The notes: generated by a model from the letters alone, not told the origin. A DNA stretch of 64,000 nt from Lytechinus pictus (GCF_037042905.1 NC_087245.1:39000001-39064000), one strand, 5' to 3'; counted from the stretch's first letter, positions 38,587 through 52,830 are shown. Made by a program: numbers and translations.

Positions 38587-39315
38587 ACATCGTCATGAAT
38601 CATCATCATCATGTGACTACCACCAACACAATCATCACCATCACGACGACCACCACCACCATCATCATCATCATTATCAACATTCAACATCATCATCAGT
38701 ATCATCTTCAATATCATCGTAATCATCATCATCATCATCATCACTATCACCATCATCAACATCACCATCATCATCATCATCATCGTCATCATCATCATCA
38801 TCAACATCGTCATGAATCATTGTCATAATCCTCATCAATGTGACAAAATGTGACTACCACCAACACAATCATCACCACCACGACGACGACCACCACCACC
38901 ATCATCATCATCATTTTCAACATCATCATCAGTATCATCTTCAATATCATCGTAATCATCATCATCACTATCACCATCATCATTATCATCATCATCATCA
39001 TCAACATCGTCATGAATCATCGTCATAATCCTCATCAATGTGACAAAATGTGTCTACCACCACAAACACAATCACCACCACCACCACCACCACCACCATC
39101 ATCATCATTATTATTATCAACATCATCAACATCATTATCAGTATCATCTTCACTATCATCGTAATCATCATCATCATCATCACCATCATCTTCTACATCA
39201 TTATCATCATCACTATCACTATCAACATCATCATCATCATCAACATCGTCATGAATCATCGTCATAATCCTCATCAATTTGACAAAATGTGTCTACCACC
39301 ACAAACACAATCATC

Positions 39316-39347
<32 letters not shown>

Positions 39348-42300
39348 TATTATTATCAACATCATCAACATCATCATCAGTATCATCTTCACTGTCATCG
39401 TAATCATCATCATCATCATCACCATCATCTTCTACATCATCTCTATCATCATCATCATGCATCATCATCAATATGACATTCTGCCACCAACAGAATCACC
39501 ACCACCACCACCACTGTCATCATCATCAATATCATCATCATTACCATCATCCTCACCACAGTCATAACATCAACATCATCATCATTGCCACAACCATCAC
39601 TAACGCCACCACCACCAACACCACCACCACCAACAACAGCACCAACAACAACTTCACTACCACCAACACCACTATATCATTTCCTTGAAGTAAGTCTATC
39701 AAAATTTAAACTGATCGACATCGTCACTGCCATCAACCACATTGCGGTCTTGATTGTAACTAACACAATTAATATCATGGCATGGAATATAGGGTTATGG
39801 TTTCATAATAGCTCTAACTAGCCCATAAACGTGTGCGCCATACAGAGCTCATTGGTCATAATATGCTAAACCTTTGAAATCTCTGTTTGAAATCTCTTTT
39901 TGAAATGGGAAATATCTCGAGCTTCTCACTATATTCCCAATTTGGCATGATCTTTAAACAGTGATTGTTCTTATCAACTGTTTAGTTCACCTTAGGTTTA
40001 CCAGACAACAAGAAATAGCGTATTCAAACTAGACTCCAATTTCTGGCGTTTACTTATTAGTACTAACTGGTTTAATGGTAGAATTCATTGATTTTGATTA
40101 ATCAAAATACATCCTACAAGTTGCAGTGAATATTTGCATATTTGCATGTTAAGATCCCGGAAAAGAAATTCACTCGACACTACGCTCTCTCATTAAATTT
40201 GGAAACTCTAGTAAAACACATTGATTTGATGATTTCCACTGTGGTTTGCGCAATAACCCTAAAGACGCCTAAAAAAATACTCCACCCAAGATGAATTTCA
40301 TAATTGTGCGAATCATAAATACAATGCTTTAACAGAACATCTTATCTAAAACTTCCTCACATTTTATACTTTTTTATTCACTACAGACGTATATTGGTGA
40401 CATCTTGATAGCTGTGAATCCTTACAAGCCTCTAGGGATCTACTCTTATGAGGTAAAGTAGAATACGTATATAGTTGGATGATGTTCCATTTAGCTGCGT
40501 ATAGTTACACACGACTTTACAAACGACTGAAACACGTTCTTCGGTGCTAAGTCAGATAGAGATGAATATAAAAAAATATAACACAACCTCTCCTGTTCCT
40601 GGATGTATTAAACAGTACGTCTTGTTGCATGGACCACGACGTTTATGACACCATATACAGTTTAAACGTACCATGGTACACTTTTCCATGATTTACCTTA
40701 TGAATAATGTCAAATCAGGGGGCCGTTTCATCAAGTTGTTCGTAAGTTAAGAGCGACTATAAGAACGGCTGGCGATCCTTTCTTACGCGCTAAACCGTCG
40801 CCAATGAATATACCATTTACCATAAGAGAGGATCACCAGTCGTTCTTAAAGTCGCTCTTAACTTACGAACAGCTTTATGAAACACCCACCTGTTTTAATG
40901 GATACCTATATAAAAAAGGGGCCACCTGTTGACAAAGATCATCAGTTTGGTTGTTTGGTTTAGTTATCCCAACTGAAACTCCTATCATATGGGAATCTCT
41001 CCACAAAGACCACCTGGCTCATAAAGTCCGCTTCTGTTCTTCATTGAGCTAATTCTCTTTATATCGGTTTTTCACTGTATATGACTTTTATTCGTTTCCT
41101 TCCCGCCCCGTCTAGACGTCACTTTCGTACGCCGACCTCAAATACAGACAGTCCCTGGCGCCACATGTTTTCGCTGTAGCCGACAAAGCATATAGCTCCA
41201 TGAGAAGAACAGGTATGAGGCAATGCAGTGTCATCAGCGGTGAGAGTGGCGCGGGAAAAACAGAGACCGCTAAGTATGTCATCGGGCACATCATCAGCCA
41301 CTGTAACAGCAAGAAGAACAATTTACAGGAAAAGATCCTACAGGTTTGTGAATACAATGGACAATTCAATTACACATTCCATCAGCTTAAAGGATAGCTC
41401 CTTAATATTTGTATCTCCGGGATTTTTTTATCTTGTCGTCTCTTGCACAAACACTTTAGATTAGTACTATGTAAAAATCCAAGAAAAGTTCAAGCCAAGT
41501 TGTTCATTAAGTGCTCTATTGTAGGGTCGATAAAAGTCATGAAGTTTTCTCAAAACCCTGTCAGGTAATTTGGGATGAGGGCGTCCTTTCCCCGGGATCA
41601 TACATCTTCTGTCTGGTCTTTCTGGCACGTGCGCGCAAAAGAACCCTTTTGTGTCGTTCTTGACAAAGTGTGATCGTTTGTAAAACTTTGGCAAGCCAAG
41701 GAATCGTTCTGTTTCCAGCATTGTTGGGTAAGGGTCCTTCGCAAATGCATCACCGTCGATGAACATGAATTGGTCTTTCCGGTATACGTCAAGGAATTTC
41801 TTAATGCGTTCGATATACATCCCCTGCGATATGAGCTTTGATTTCATGATGTCCCCACCAGGCTGCAGTATGGTCTTTTCTAAGGTTTCCCGAACCCTGT
41901 ACATCCTATACATAATATCAAAAGGTCGATCTTTGGGAGCGTTTGAATGCGCTACCAGGTGGGCATAATCTGATATCAGCCTATCCACAGGATCGCGTAG
42001 GAGCAAGAAAAACTTGACACGAGACGGAAGGTATGGCTTGAGGAATGACAGGAAGTGATAATAGAAGAAACCTGGATTTTCTGTCATGGTTAACTGGTAC
42101 GGACTGCTCAAACGCATGCGTTGGATCCAACTTATGACAGAAGTGTTAGTGACATTTTTACTGGGAAACCTCGTCTCGCCGGTCATGGAGACGGCTGGAT
42201 GGAGATCAAGGAAGGTACTCAGAGTCCCGGTTCCGCATTTCTTAACCCCGATGACCAAAGCGACAGGCAATCTCTTTCGGCAGTGCCTCTTCTCCTGCAA

Positions 42301-43331
42301 ACTTTTCGGAATCGCCGATCGTTTCTCGCTGTAAGTGTAGCAGCAATCGGCCTTTGTGGCCCATGCTGGATCTGTATGATTGATGCGACCAAGAATGGTC
42401 TCAATGTTGTCCATCGTTTCAAGATCATGTCTCTGTGAAGGTGAGGTGTATCGTTGGTTTGCAACATCTTTTCTTCCGTCAGCAGTTGGCATGATCCCAT
42501 ATGATCCTGGTGTCATCAGGTTCTGTCCTCCAGCAAAAGCACTATGATCTCCGCCTGTTGAAGACACTCCCTCTTGTCCATGCTGTCTATGCAATCTAAG
42601 AGAATGAAGGTAGTTCGTAGAACCTGATCTGTCTCCAAACAGAACGAATAAACTTGCCAATGAGGCTAGCAACAAGGCAACCAAACTCAGTCTCTCCATG
42701 ATCATGATGATACGTCGAGGTTAATTTGAAAACTTGAAAACAGCATACAGAAGCACCCGGTACGCAGTTGTCACTCATTTCATATAGCTGTACACTTATG
42801 TTCTGAGGTCTCGATTACCTCGATGAGACAAGAAATTGGTGAGAGTGGATTTGCTTGTTGATGTACGTCAGCAAATATTAGTCCTCTATTCGTACTATTT
42901 GGATAGTGTTTAAATATTTGGGAAATCTGTTGGTGTTTGTCTTGAGAAACAAACACGTTCTGATTGATCGTCGCGATTTGCTGAAAATGAATAAAGTGGG
43001 TTAGCTCAATCAGGTTTATGATCAGAATGCCTAAATAAAAAAAACCATAACAAACCTAAGATACTTTTAAATATTTGCTCTCGACCAATGAAATTACATC
43101 ATTTCAGTATCTTGTAATTTTCTATCTACATGATTCATAAATTATATAGACAAGGCAGTATATAGCACAAAACTACTTAACCAGTGTTAAATGACAATAT
43201 CAAGCACTTTCACCTGTCTTAAATTTATGGTTTATGTGCTATTGTCATTTTATTTTTGTTTTTTGGGTAATATTAAAACTTAAACTCAGCAATAACAGCA
43301 TCAACAGCAAGACAACAACAACAACAACAAA

Positions 43332-43381
<50 letters not shown>

Positions 43382-43634
43382 CACTACTACTACTACTTCT
43401 ACTACTATTTCTACTACTACTACTACTACTTCTACTACTACTTCTACTACTACTACTTCTACTACTATTACTACTACTACTACTACTACTACTTCTACTA
43501 CCACTACTACTACAACTTATACTAGTACTACTACTACTACTACTACTTCTACTACTACTATTACTTCTACTTCTACTACTATTACTACTACTACTACTAC
43601 TTCTATACTACTTCTACTGCTACTACCACTACCT

Positions 43635-43688
<54 letters not shown>

Positions 43689-46600
43689 TTACTACTACTA
43701 TTCTTACTACTACTACTCTTTCTACTATTACTACTACTACCGCTACAATTGCCATTACTAATACCACCAACTTACTACAATAAAGTTTTCTTTATCTGCA
43801 TAATATAGGTAAACCCGTTGCTTGAGGCGTTTGGGAACGCTCGAACGGTAATGAATGACAACTCAAGTCGATTTGGTAAATTCCTTGAACTTCAATTCAC
43901 CGAAGACTGCCAAGTAGTAGGAGGTAAATGAAATATATATTTTTTGTATTTCTTCAAATAGATAGAAATCAGGGCTCATCTTACAAAGAGTTGTAAATCA
44001 AATTGCGATTGATCTAAAATTCTTATATCTTACTTACGCAAAGATCAACCGAGATTTGAGTTTGATTTAAATCTATCGCATCATGAAATTGTTATAAAAG
44101 TAAAAAGAATATTAACTTGTTATAAGAAGCAAAAATTTCCAAATCTATTTACCTTGGCAAAGAAATAATTTTGACTTAGGAGGGTGAACGATTCAAAATC
44201 TCTGCAGTCTCGTTTAGAACGGACAATCATCCAATATCCCATGTATACCGTTTTATTATTATTGCTCATTCTATCAGATTAAAAATAATCGATAAAGAGA
44301 TCAGATTATAATAAAATGTCTGGGGATCTTTTCAAACATCATTTCATTATTAGCATTAGTATTTCCATCTATTTTCCATTTTTTATGTAAAAATTGTAAC
44401 GTTCCCATTAAGACAGCTCACATGGTAACAGGACTCAGCAGCCAATCACAATAAAGGTTTCCATGGTAGTTACAGCAATTGCAAAGCAGTATCACAGTTG
44501 TAAGTCTTTGAAAGTCTCTGAAACGGAAATGATTTGAGCAGATAAGTGCATAATAATCTCACTGTCTTATATATGCAGCCAAAATCGACACATACCTGCT
44601 TGAGAAGTCTCGTGTGGTATCGCAAGGAGAGGGTGAAAGAAACTTCCATGTCTTCTATTATCTGTTTGCTGGATTAACGGAACAGCAGCTCTTGAGTATA
44701 TTGCTTTCTCCTCCTGAAAATCACAGGTATGCGCACCTTCTGTTGATGATGGTGCGAACTTTGAATACAAGATCTTTAAAAAAATCTGTTCTGAACACGT
44801 TAGAAATTCATGAAAGGGGCGAGTATTAAAGAACATGCGGATGGTATTCTGATCGGGGCGGATCCAGGATTTTTCCAAAAGGGGGGGGGGGGCACATTTT
44901 TCAGAAGAAAAAAATTGACAAGCAAAAAAAAAAAAAAAAAAAGGTCTTCGCTTTCAATGGGGGGGGGGGCGGCTGTTTTTTCTAATGTTGTTTTAACGGC
45001 ATGTTTACATTTCAAATTTTAATTTGGCTTCTCATGGAAGAAGGGGGTGGGGGGGGGGCACGGGCCGACTGTGCTCCTCTGGATCCGCCAGTGAGTCTGA
45101 TAGCCATTGTTCAGTTAAACCTGGGTGAACTCAGACCACCACTTTTATGGAATGTCGGCAGTCAACTCATTCACCAAATAAAATCATTTTTATCCTGCTG
45201 CAAGTTGTCAAACAACATAATGGACTCGTAAAATGGAAAGAATAGGATAGAGTTAGATTTTGAAAAATTAATTGATACATTATAATTGCCACGAATATGG
45301 AAGAAAACGTGTTATGATAATAAGTGCACAATTTCTATAACGAATCTCAGCCAATCAGGTTGAAGGAATTCGGTAGCTTTTAACTGTTTTATGAAACTGA
45401 TCCTGAGTGTTCATGTGACCCAATCTTCTGATAGGACTTTGATGGGAAATGGAGTGCAGCGCATCTACACGAGCGAAGCCGAGTTCATGCACAGTCAAAG
45501 GGCATTTGACGATCTCCAGGACATCATGGAGCTCGTGGGCTTCACCCAAGAGGACATCTGGATGATCTACCGTCTCCTCTCGGCCGTCATCCAGATCGCC
45601 GACATCGAGTTCGATGTCGATGAGGAGACGGGCGGCTCCTACATCGTCGATGAATACATCCTCAAAGTTGGTAAGACATCTGAAACCAGAAGCGCAATGA
45701 AATTTTTTTCGAGGGGTGCAAAAAGGCACAATAAGATGCAAAATCTTTAAGTCGTTGGGAGAGAGCGAAAATGGCAGTTTTTTAAAATCAAAATGGAATC
45801 TTGTGAAAGCTTTACACGTGATTTTATGGGGGGAAATCGAATTTTGTCCCACTTATACCGTTTTTTTTTTCTCGCGTTGTCTTTTTTTGTGGGGGGGGGG
45901 GGGCTGTAGGCCAGTGTCCGAAACAAAGAGTATGGTTTGTGTGATCAAGGGATCATTCTTTTTACTGTGTCTTTTATGAATACATCGAGGAAGGAAGATA
46001 GGGATTCACGTTGGGTGAATAATAGAACGATAAATCGTTGTCTATTTGCCATATATATATACCCAAGCTTAAGCGAGGAAAGGCATTCGTTTGAACCAAT
46101 CCTTGGCAAGATGGACTGACGATAGAGACGCTATTCCTCTCCCCTCTGAAGAAAAAGGAGGGAACATGAGGTTTTCATGACCAAGACTTCTCTTTTCAAT
46201 TTTCATACCCTTCTTCTTTTTCCCCTTCCCCTTCTTCCACCTTCCTCATCTTTAGAAAAAAAAAATTGAAGCGGGGGGGGGGGGGGAGATTCGCACTTTT
46301 TCTTCTCGAGTCGCCCCTTTACATGACAAGCAGATCGCAAAGACGAATAAACGCCTTCTTAAAATTTCCCATAATTTATTTTTTATGAAAAAAAGAATAT
46401 ATGTAAAAAGGAGTATGATGTTCTTAGTCTCAAAACGGAGAATATATACTATGTCACTGCTTAAATATTCGATCTCAATTTCTCGTTTACTTTTAACAGT
46501 CGCCACGTTACTAGGTGTTGACCCGTCAGCCTTGGCTACAGCGCTCATATCAAACATCGTAGAAGCTAGGGGTAAGTCTATACACTAATTGGTTTGTATT

Positions 46601-49600
46601 CTGAAATCCAGTTTAACTTAGACCATGGTCTAACTCTGTAATAAAATTATGGGAAGCCAAATGGGTCAAATTTTGTTTATTTTGCTTCCCATAACTCTAA
46701 CACAGAGTTCGATGTTTTCATGTTTACTGTGATCTTCATTCGTTAACGTCAGAGACACATGTCTTTAGTTCCCGACAATTATTAATGCTTTTGGCGTCAA
46801 GTAAGCTGATACTGATAGAGATTTTTTTGTGGTACGTGGCTATCCATAGTTAAACTACAACTTTAAACCAGAGTTTGAATTTAAACCGAGTTTAGAATAC
46901 GGGCCAATGAATTTCCTTAGAAAGGTTTTCACTGCCTTCATCTTAAAGGAAGGATTATGAAACAGTTTAATGACCGTTTCATCAATATTTTCATCCGACA
47001 AGTTGTCAGATCTGACATCTTTCCATGATTTTGATTGGCTGAGAGGCACTGTTCCTATGGTAACTGTCGGACAAAACGTCTGACAAGTCCTTTCATGAAA
47101 CGCCCCCCCTGGGCGATGTTTGATGAAGCTGTTCATAGAAAACACACGACTTCATCCACGACCAACATTTATATGTGCTAAATCAAATTCTCAATAATTA
47201 CTCACATCAAGGTTGAAATAAAAACAACAAATCTATTTACGGTAAAGCAACCAAAAACAAAACAAATCAACACAAAAAAGCATTGCAACCAAATGAAATA
47301 AAACCATATAAAACTAAAAAATCGCACTACAAATAAAGTGAATTTCCGAAACTAATTTCTACGTCACCACTATCGTCATTCCTAGGAGAGCAGATCGTGA
47401 CCTTGAAGAATGTCGGACAGGCGAATGATGGTCGGGATGCCCTCGCGAAAGCTCTCTACAGCAAGCTCTTTAACTGGATCGTCAACCAAATCAACTCCCT
47501 TATCGCCCCTGATGCCGATTGCCCGTAAGTAAACATGAAATTGATTGCTTCTCCATTTTCTTATGTTGGAATGTTATGATTGATTTGTTGTCATCAACGA
47601 TTGTCGAGGGCGCCAACACTTTATCGGTGTTGCTGCATGTTACGTTCGTTGGTTGTCATCTAAAAAAGGATTAGAAAAATATCTATTGAGTATGGAAAGT
47701 ATTCGTCTAAACTTGGCCCTCATTCCTCTTACATGATACAGACAAAAGTGGTCAAAGACATTTTTAACAAAACATCAATTGCATAACCTGTTTACTTTCA
47801 ATATTAATTCACCGTGCTTATATGTTTTTTTTTTCATAGTGCGTTTTATAGTCAGAATCATTTCGTTGTTTCAAGAGAGCGAGTTCTCGGGATATGCATT
47901 ATATGTATTTTCTGTGTGTTCCAAACATCATAAGTAATAGTAAGCATATTAAATTTTGTTATTATTTTTGGTTCAAAATAAACTTAATTTTTGGAAAATA
48001 ATAAGGTGAAATCACGTTTCAGACATGGTCAGAATTGGGGAAAGAAAACTATATTTAGTCCCTCAATCTTGTTATAATCTGTGTGAATATATTCGCTTGC
48101 TTTCTGTATTATATTACGTCTCATTTACGGTGGCACAAGATATATATATTTTTTAAATAAAAATACTTTTAAAACAATCATCTTCAAAGTGGAAGCAAGG
48201 GCTACGAGATCGGCATCCTTGACATCTATGGCTTTGAGAGCTTCGAGAAGAACAGCTTCGAGCAACTATGTATCAACCTCACCAACGAGCAGCTCCAGTA
48301 CTACTTCAACCAGCGGATCTTTGCCTGGGAACTGGCCGAATACTCCGGAGAGGGTATCCCCAAGCAGTCCATTACCTACCAAGATAATATGCCTGTTCTG
48401 GACCTCTTTTTGGCGGTAAGGAAGGTTTCCTCGCTGATTTGGTACTTATGTTTGTTATAAGCTACCGAAATCTTTGCATCTGATCAGCTGATAGCAAATT
48501 TGTCAGTGAAATTAACGGACTATTTTGTTTCATGAAACTCTGCCCAGGCCTCGATCATTATGACACAATAATATAAACAAAAACAACAATTTTTTTTGAT
48601 AATCTTATCCAAAGCAACGATGATAAAGGCGTGATGTTTCAAAAGAAGGATTACTTTTCTGATACTTATCTTTAATATGAAATGAGTTCTCCGCCTCTTA
48701 GATTTGACTTGAATGTGAAAGAATGTATCTACTTTTCTTCCTCTTCTCCTCCTCCTCCTTCTTCTTCTTCTTGGTCTTGTTCCTCTTTTTTTTTCTGTTC
48801 CCCTTCTTGTATGTCTGCTTTTTATTTTCTCCCTTTTTCTTGTCTTCTTGGACCCCTCCCATATAAATGGTTCGATTTGTCACTTAACTGTACTGTATCC
48901 AAGTCTTCTTGCAACCATGGCAACGTGACATGTTAATACACATTCCATGAAATATACATAAACAACGAAAAGAGAATTTGCATCTATGTACCAAGTTTCT
49001 TTTTTAAAAAGTAATTCTAATTTCAGTCGTCATTCGAAACTATTTTTCATTTTTTTTATATCTAGAAGCCGCTCGGTCTACTTTCCTTACTGGATGAGGA
49101 ATCTAGGTTCCCCAAAGGAAGTGACGTCACACTGGTCGGCAAGTTCTCGTCCAATCACAGCAAGAATAAGAACTTCCTAATGCAGAAAAAGAACAAGGGA
49201 AACACGACCATCTTCGGCGTGAAGCACTATGCGAAAGAGGTAAAATTGTTACTAATTTTCTTTTGTCAATTATTTGTCTAGCTCTTCTTGAATAAAAAAA
49301 AGTACCACAAATCTTCCTTTTGATGTCGGTTGAAAAGAAAATAACTTCAAATAAGTTGGTAAAACCACACACAAAATCCAGAGCACTTTACTAAAGTGTG
49401 AAAGTAAAAGCAAAAGGTTTCGTCACTAGTCTTGATGTTCACTGCAAAAACAGTGGTGTTTAGTAGAGGACAGCACCATTCATTTTTACACCAGTTTTAA
49501 AATCATGGTTTGTAGCTCAATATTGGAGTTATTCTAACACAATCTGTCGGTTACATCGACACTATTCAAACTGTTAGATTTAAATAGACGGCGGTATATT

Positions 49601-52600
49601 AACAACAATGCTAAATGGCATTATCTTGTAAACCTGAAATACAGTGTACATAGGCCTATATCTCTTGCTTGTCACAAGTTAATTTACTGTAAAAACACTG
49701 TTTAAAATGTAAGCGCAAATTTAAGCCCTTCTCTCAACAACAAATTGTTTAATCGTTTTAAAAGATATTAAAGTATAAACAATATTTTTTCTAAGTTTAA
49801 AGAATTATTTAAACAGTAACGAGTAGAGCGACAGGTTAAAAGAACGTGCTTGAAATATTAAACAGTGTGTTTACAGTGAAAAGAAGATCGTAACCTCTAT
49901 TCGAACTGAAAATAATTCGATAGTATAGTATCTTGGAACCAGTATAGATTTGTATCTTTTAACCCACCGCTGGGAGTAGTTACCTTCTGATCCAAAGAGT
50001 CAATTGATTTTCTTAATTAACAGGCACATCTATTTCCTATCCTTTCTGGTTTGATTTCTTATTGTTCTCTTTTAAATCTAGATCTGGTACGACTCAACCG
50101 GATTTCTGGAGAAGAACCGCGATACATTCAGTTCTGTCCTGTCCGAATGCTTGTCAAAGTCCGAGAATGGTCTCGTCAAATTCCTCTTTGTCCAACAACA
50201 ACAGAAGTGAGGTTCTGTCTAAATCTTTAGATACGATATTGTTTATGATTACCAGTCCATCGTAATTTGAAATGCTTAACCATGGACTTGAATATGTTTA
50301 TAGTTTAATCAATTGATTTATTAATTAATAAATTAATTTATTAACTAATCAAACAAAATATTTTCTCGACTGGATTAGAAAGGACACTGATTTTTTTTTA
50401 AGAAAAGTATAATATATAAAGGACAGTTGCTGAAATATACGGTATGTATCTATATGCTTTGTTTTTTCAGCATTCATTTCAGGAACTGAATACAGTGTGC
50501 ATCAATAGTTTTTTTTTTCAGATTATCATGTTGTTTTTTTTTTTTTGCTTTAAAAAAAAAAAATTCTTCATAGAATACAACCTGAATTCCTGTTTGATTT
50601 TTTTTTGTTTTTTTTTATTCATCATCTATCTTGTAAAGTTCTTTTTCGTCATTGTGTATCAAAACCCATTTGGCTAAGTCATGTAGAGTATGTATAACCT
50701 TTATTGCTAGATAACAATTATTAGAGTTCGAAAACAACTTTGTTTTATTTGTTTTGTGATTATTTTATGGCAGTGGGGCTGGCACACCATTCAGGAATCA
50801 GAAAGATATATTAATGTGTAAACCGCCCCCTACGATCTCGGTAAACCCAGGTGTGAGCCTGTCCAGGGAAGCAGCGAGGAAATTACAAAAACAGTAAGGC
50901 ATATTTCTTTATTTGATTGATATATTAATTCAAATCAGTTTCTCTACTTGTCTATTGTTTACCCTCTATTTTTTCTTTTCTTAGTGCATAATTCGTATTT
51001 GATTATGTGATACATGCGCTATGTATGAATGATTTCTTAATGTTCTTTTTTGTATTTAAGTTTTTATTGAAATGAAAATAAAAAAATCACAATATTTACA
51101 AATGAATGGAATAAATGTTGATCCAACAATATTGTGTACATATTAACTTGTAAGTATTTTCAGGTTTTAGAAAATCATGATTTTGAATAAAATAAATATT
51201 TGAAGAAAAAAAAACACATAAAATCTTGGAACAAAAAGGAATATAAAAAGTCAGATGATGTTGTCATTGTCCACCCCTACTCCTCGTCCCCCTCCTTCTC
51301 CATTTATTCCATGTCACACCACAAAATGATAATCTATTTCAAAATAAACTAAACAACAACAAAATCGGTTACTGCTTCTATTTGATAACTTAAAGCAAAT
51401 TTTCTCGTAACTCCGCAAGACGTTCATGATAGTTCATAATTAGGAGTCTTTCTTGACAATGGTAAGCATTCAAGGAGCAACGTTGGGGATTAGCATTTTC
51501 ATACCCTTTTCATTTTTTGTTTTCACCTTCAGAATGAAACAGGAGAAAGCAGCCAAGGCTAAAGCAGCAAAGTCGAGGAACCAAACACCTACCGTGGGAT
51601 TACAATTTAAGGTAAACAAGTATTAGTTAAATATATCTCAATCCAAAGAAAATGAAATTAAAAAGTTCAGAGAGCAAGAGAGAGATAATGAGAGAAAATC
51701 CAAAATCAACTTATTGCATGAACAAAGACTTATATGTGACCTACTACCCCCAAAACTGTAAGGTTCTCTGTAAATAGCCAAAATAGTAATATTGTCTCCA
51801 AAAACAAAAAATAAAAGATCTGAAAGATCAATTCTTCTTCTTCATACTGTGAAAATTGGAAGCTGTTAGGTTGAATTAAAGAAAAGATACAAGAGTTTTT
51901 TGGGCACTACTTTTTCGGACTGCTTGGAAATTTCACTGAGATTACACAGTATGCACATATCATGCCTGAGTGAACCCCAAACTTCAAACCTTGTTTTCTC
52001 CTTATTTTTCAAGCTCTTGCTGAATTTCCTTTGCATTCAATCAAGTACTTGCAATGGTTATTGTTGGTCAATTTTTAGCATGTTATATATCATTTTAAAG
52101 CATAGGAAATGAATTTTTAAGCTCAATAAAAATCTCAATATTCATTTTGGTCGGCTTATTGTTGCTTTCGGGGTGGCAGGTTACATATATTGTAAATACT
52201 TTTATATTCATGAAATTCTCTTCTCGCTATTCAGGCAAGCACCATTTTTTGTAACCAACCCCTTCACATTATGGAATTATCATTTCACAAGTTTGGCAGT
52301 TGTGATATCTATTTATTACCAGTTTCTTTGAAAATAAATAATTCGATTGAAGAGATCTGTTCGTTCATGCCATAATATCAATCAGTTCTCTGAAGCCTAT
52401 GATCGGTGTCATAATTATACCCCTTTTAAAGTCACGGTGATAATTGGGTTTGAATGGACGCCAATTTAAAGTGAAATTAGTGCGGTTTGTATCGAGTAGG
52501 ATCTACGGCACTCGGCCAAATAGTAATAAATTTTCAAAGAATTGAACTTAGAGAAACAACAGTGAACTTACCATACTTTTTTTGACAGTCATGTTCAATC

Positions 52601-52798
52601 TACTCTTCGTAACGTAGGAAAGAAAGTCCGGTATATAGTCACTGATATAGATAGATAGATAGAGAGGTAGATAGATAGATAAATAGATAGATAGGTATAT
52701 AGATAGATAGATATGTAGGTATATATATAGATAGATAGATAGGTAGATAGGTAGATAGATAGATAGATATGTATATAGATAGATAGGTAGGTAGGTAT

Positions 52799-52830
<32 letters not shown>

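Noticed and set aside
38342..39821. Many poly-His, poly-Asp, poly-Met and poly-Ile ORFs
   Set aside because: Translations of a (CAT)n array open in several frames on both strands; myosin exons 1 and 2 join in frame without them
41598..42778. Short ORFs overlapping the sulfotransferase on both strands
   Set aside because: Shadow frames of the real 412-aa CDS
43234..43761. 175-aa poly-Leu/Tyr ORF
   Set aside because: (CTA)n microsatellite artefact
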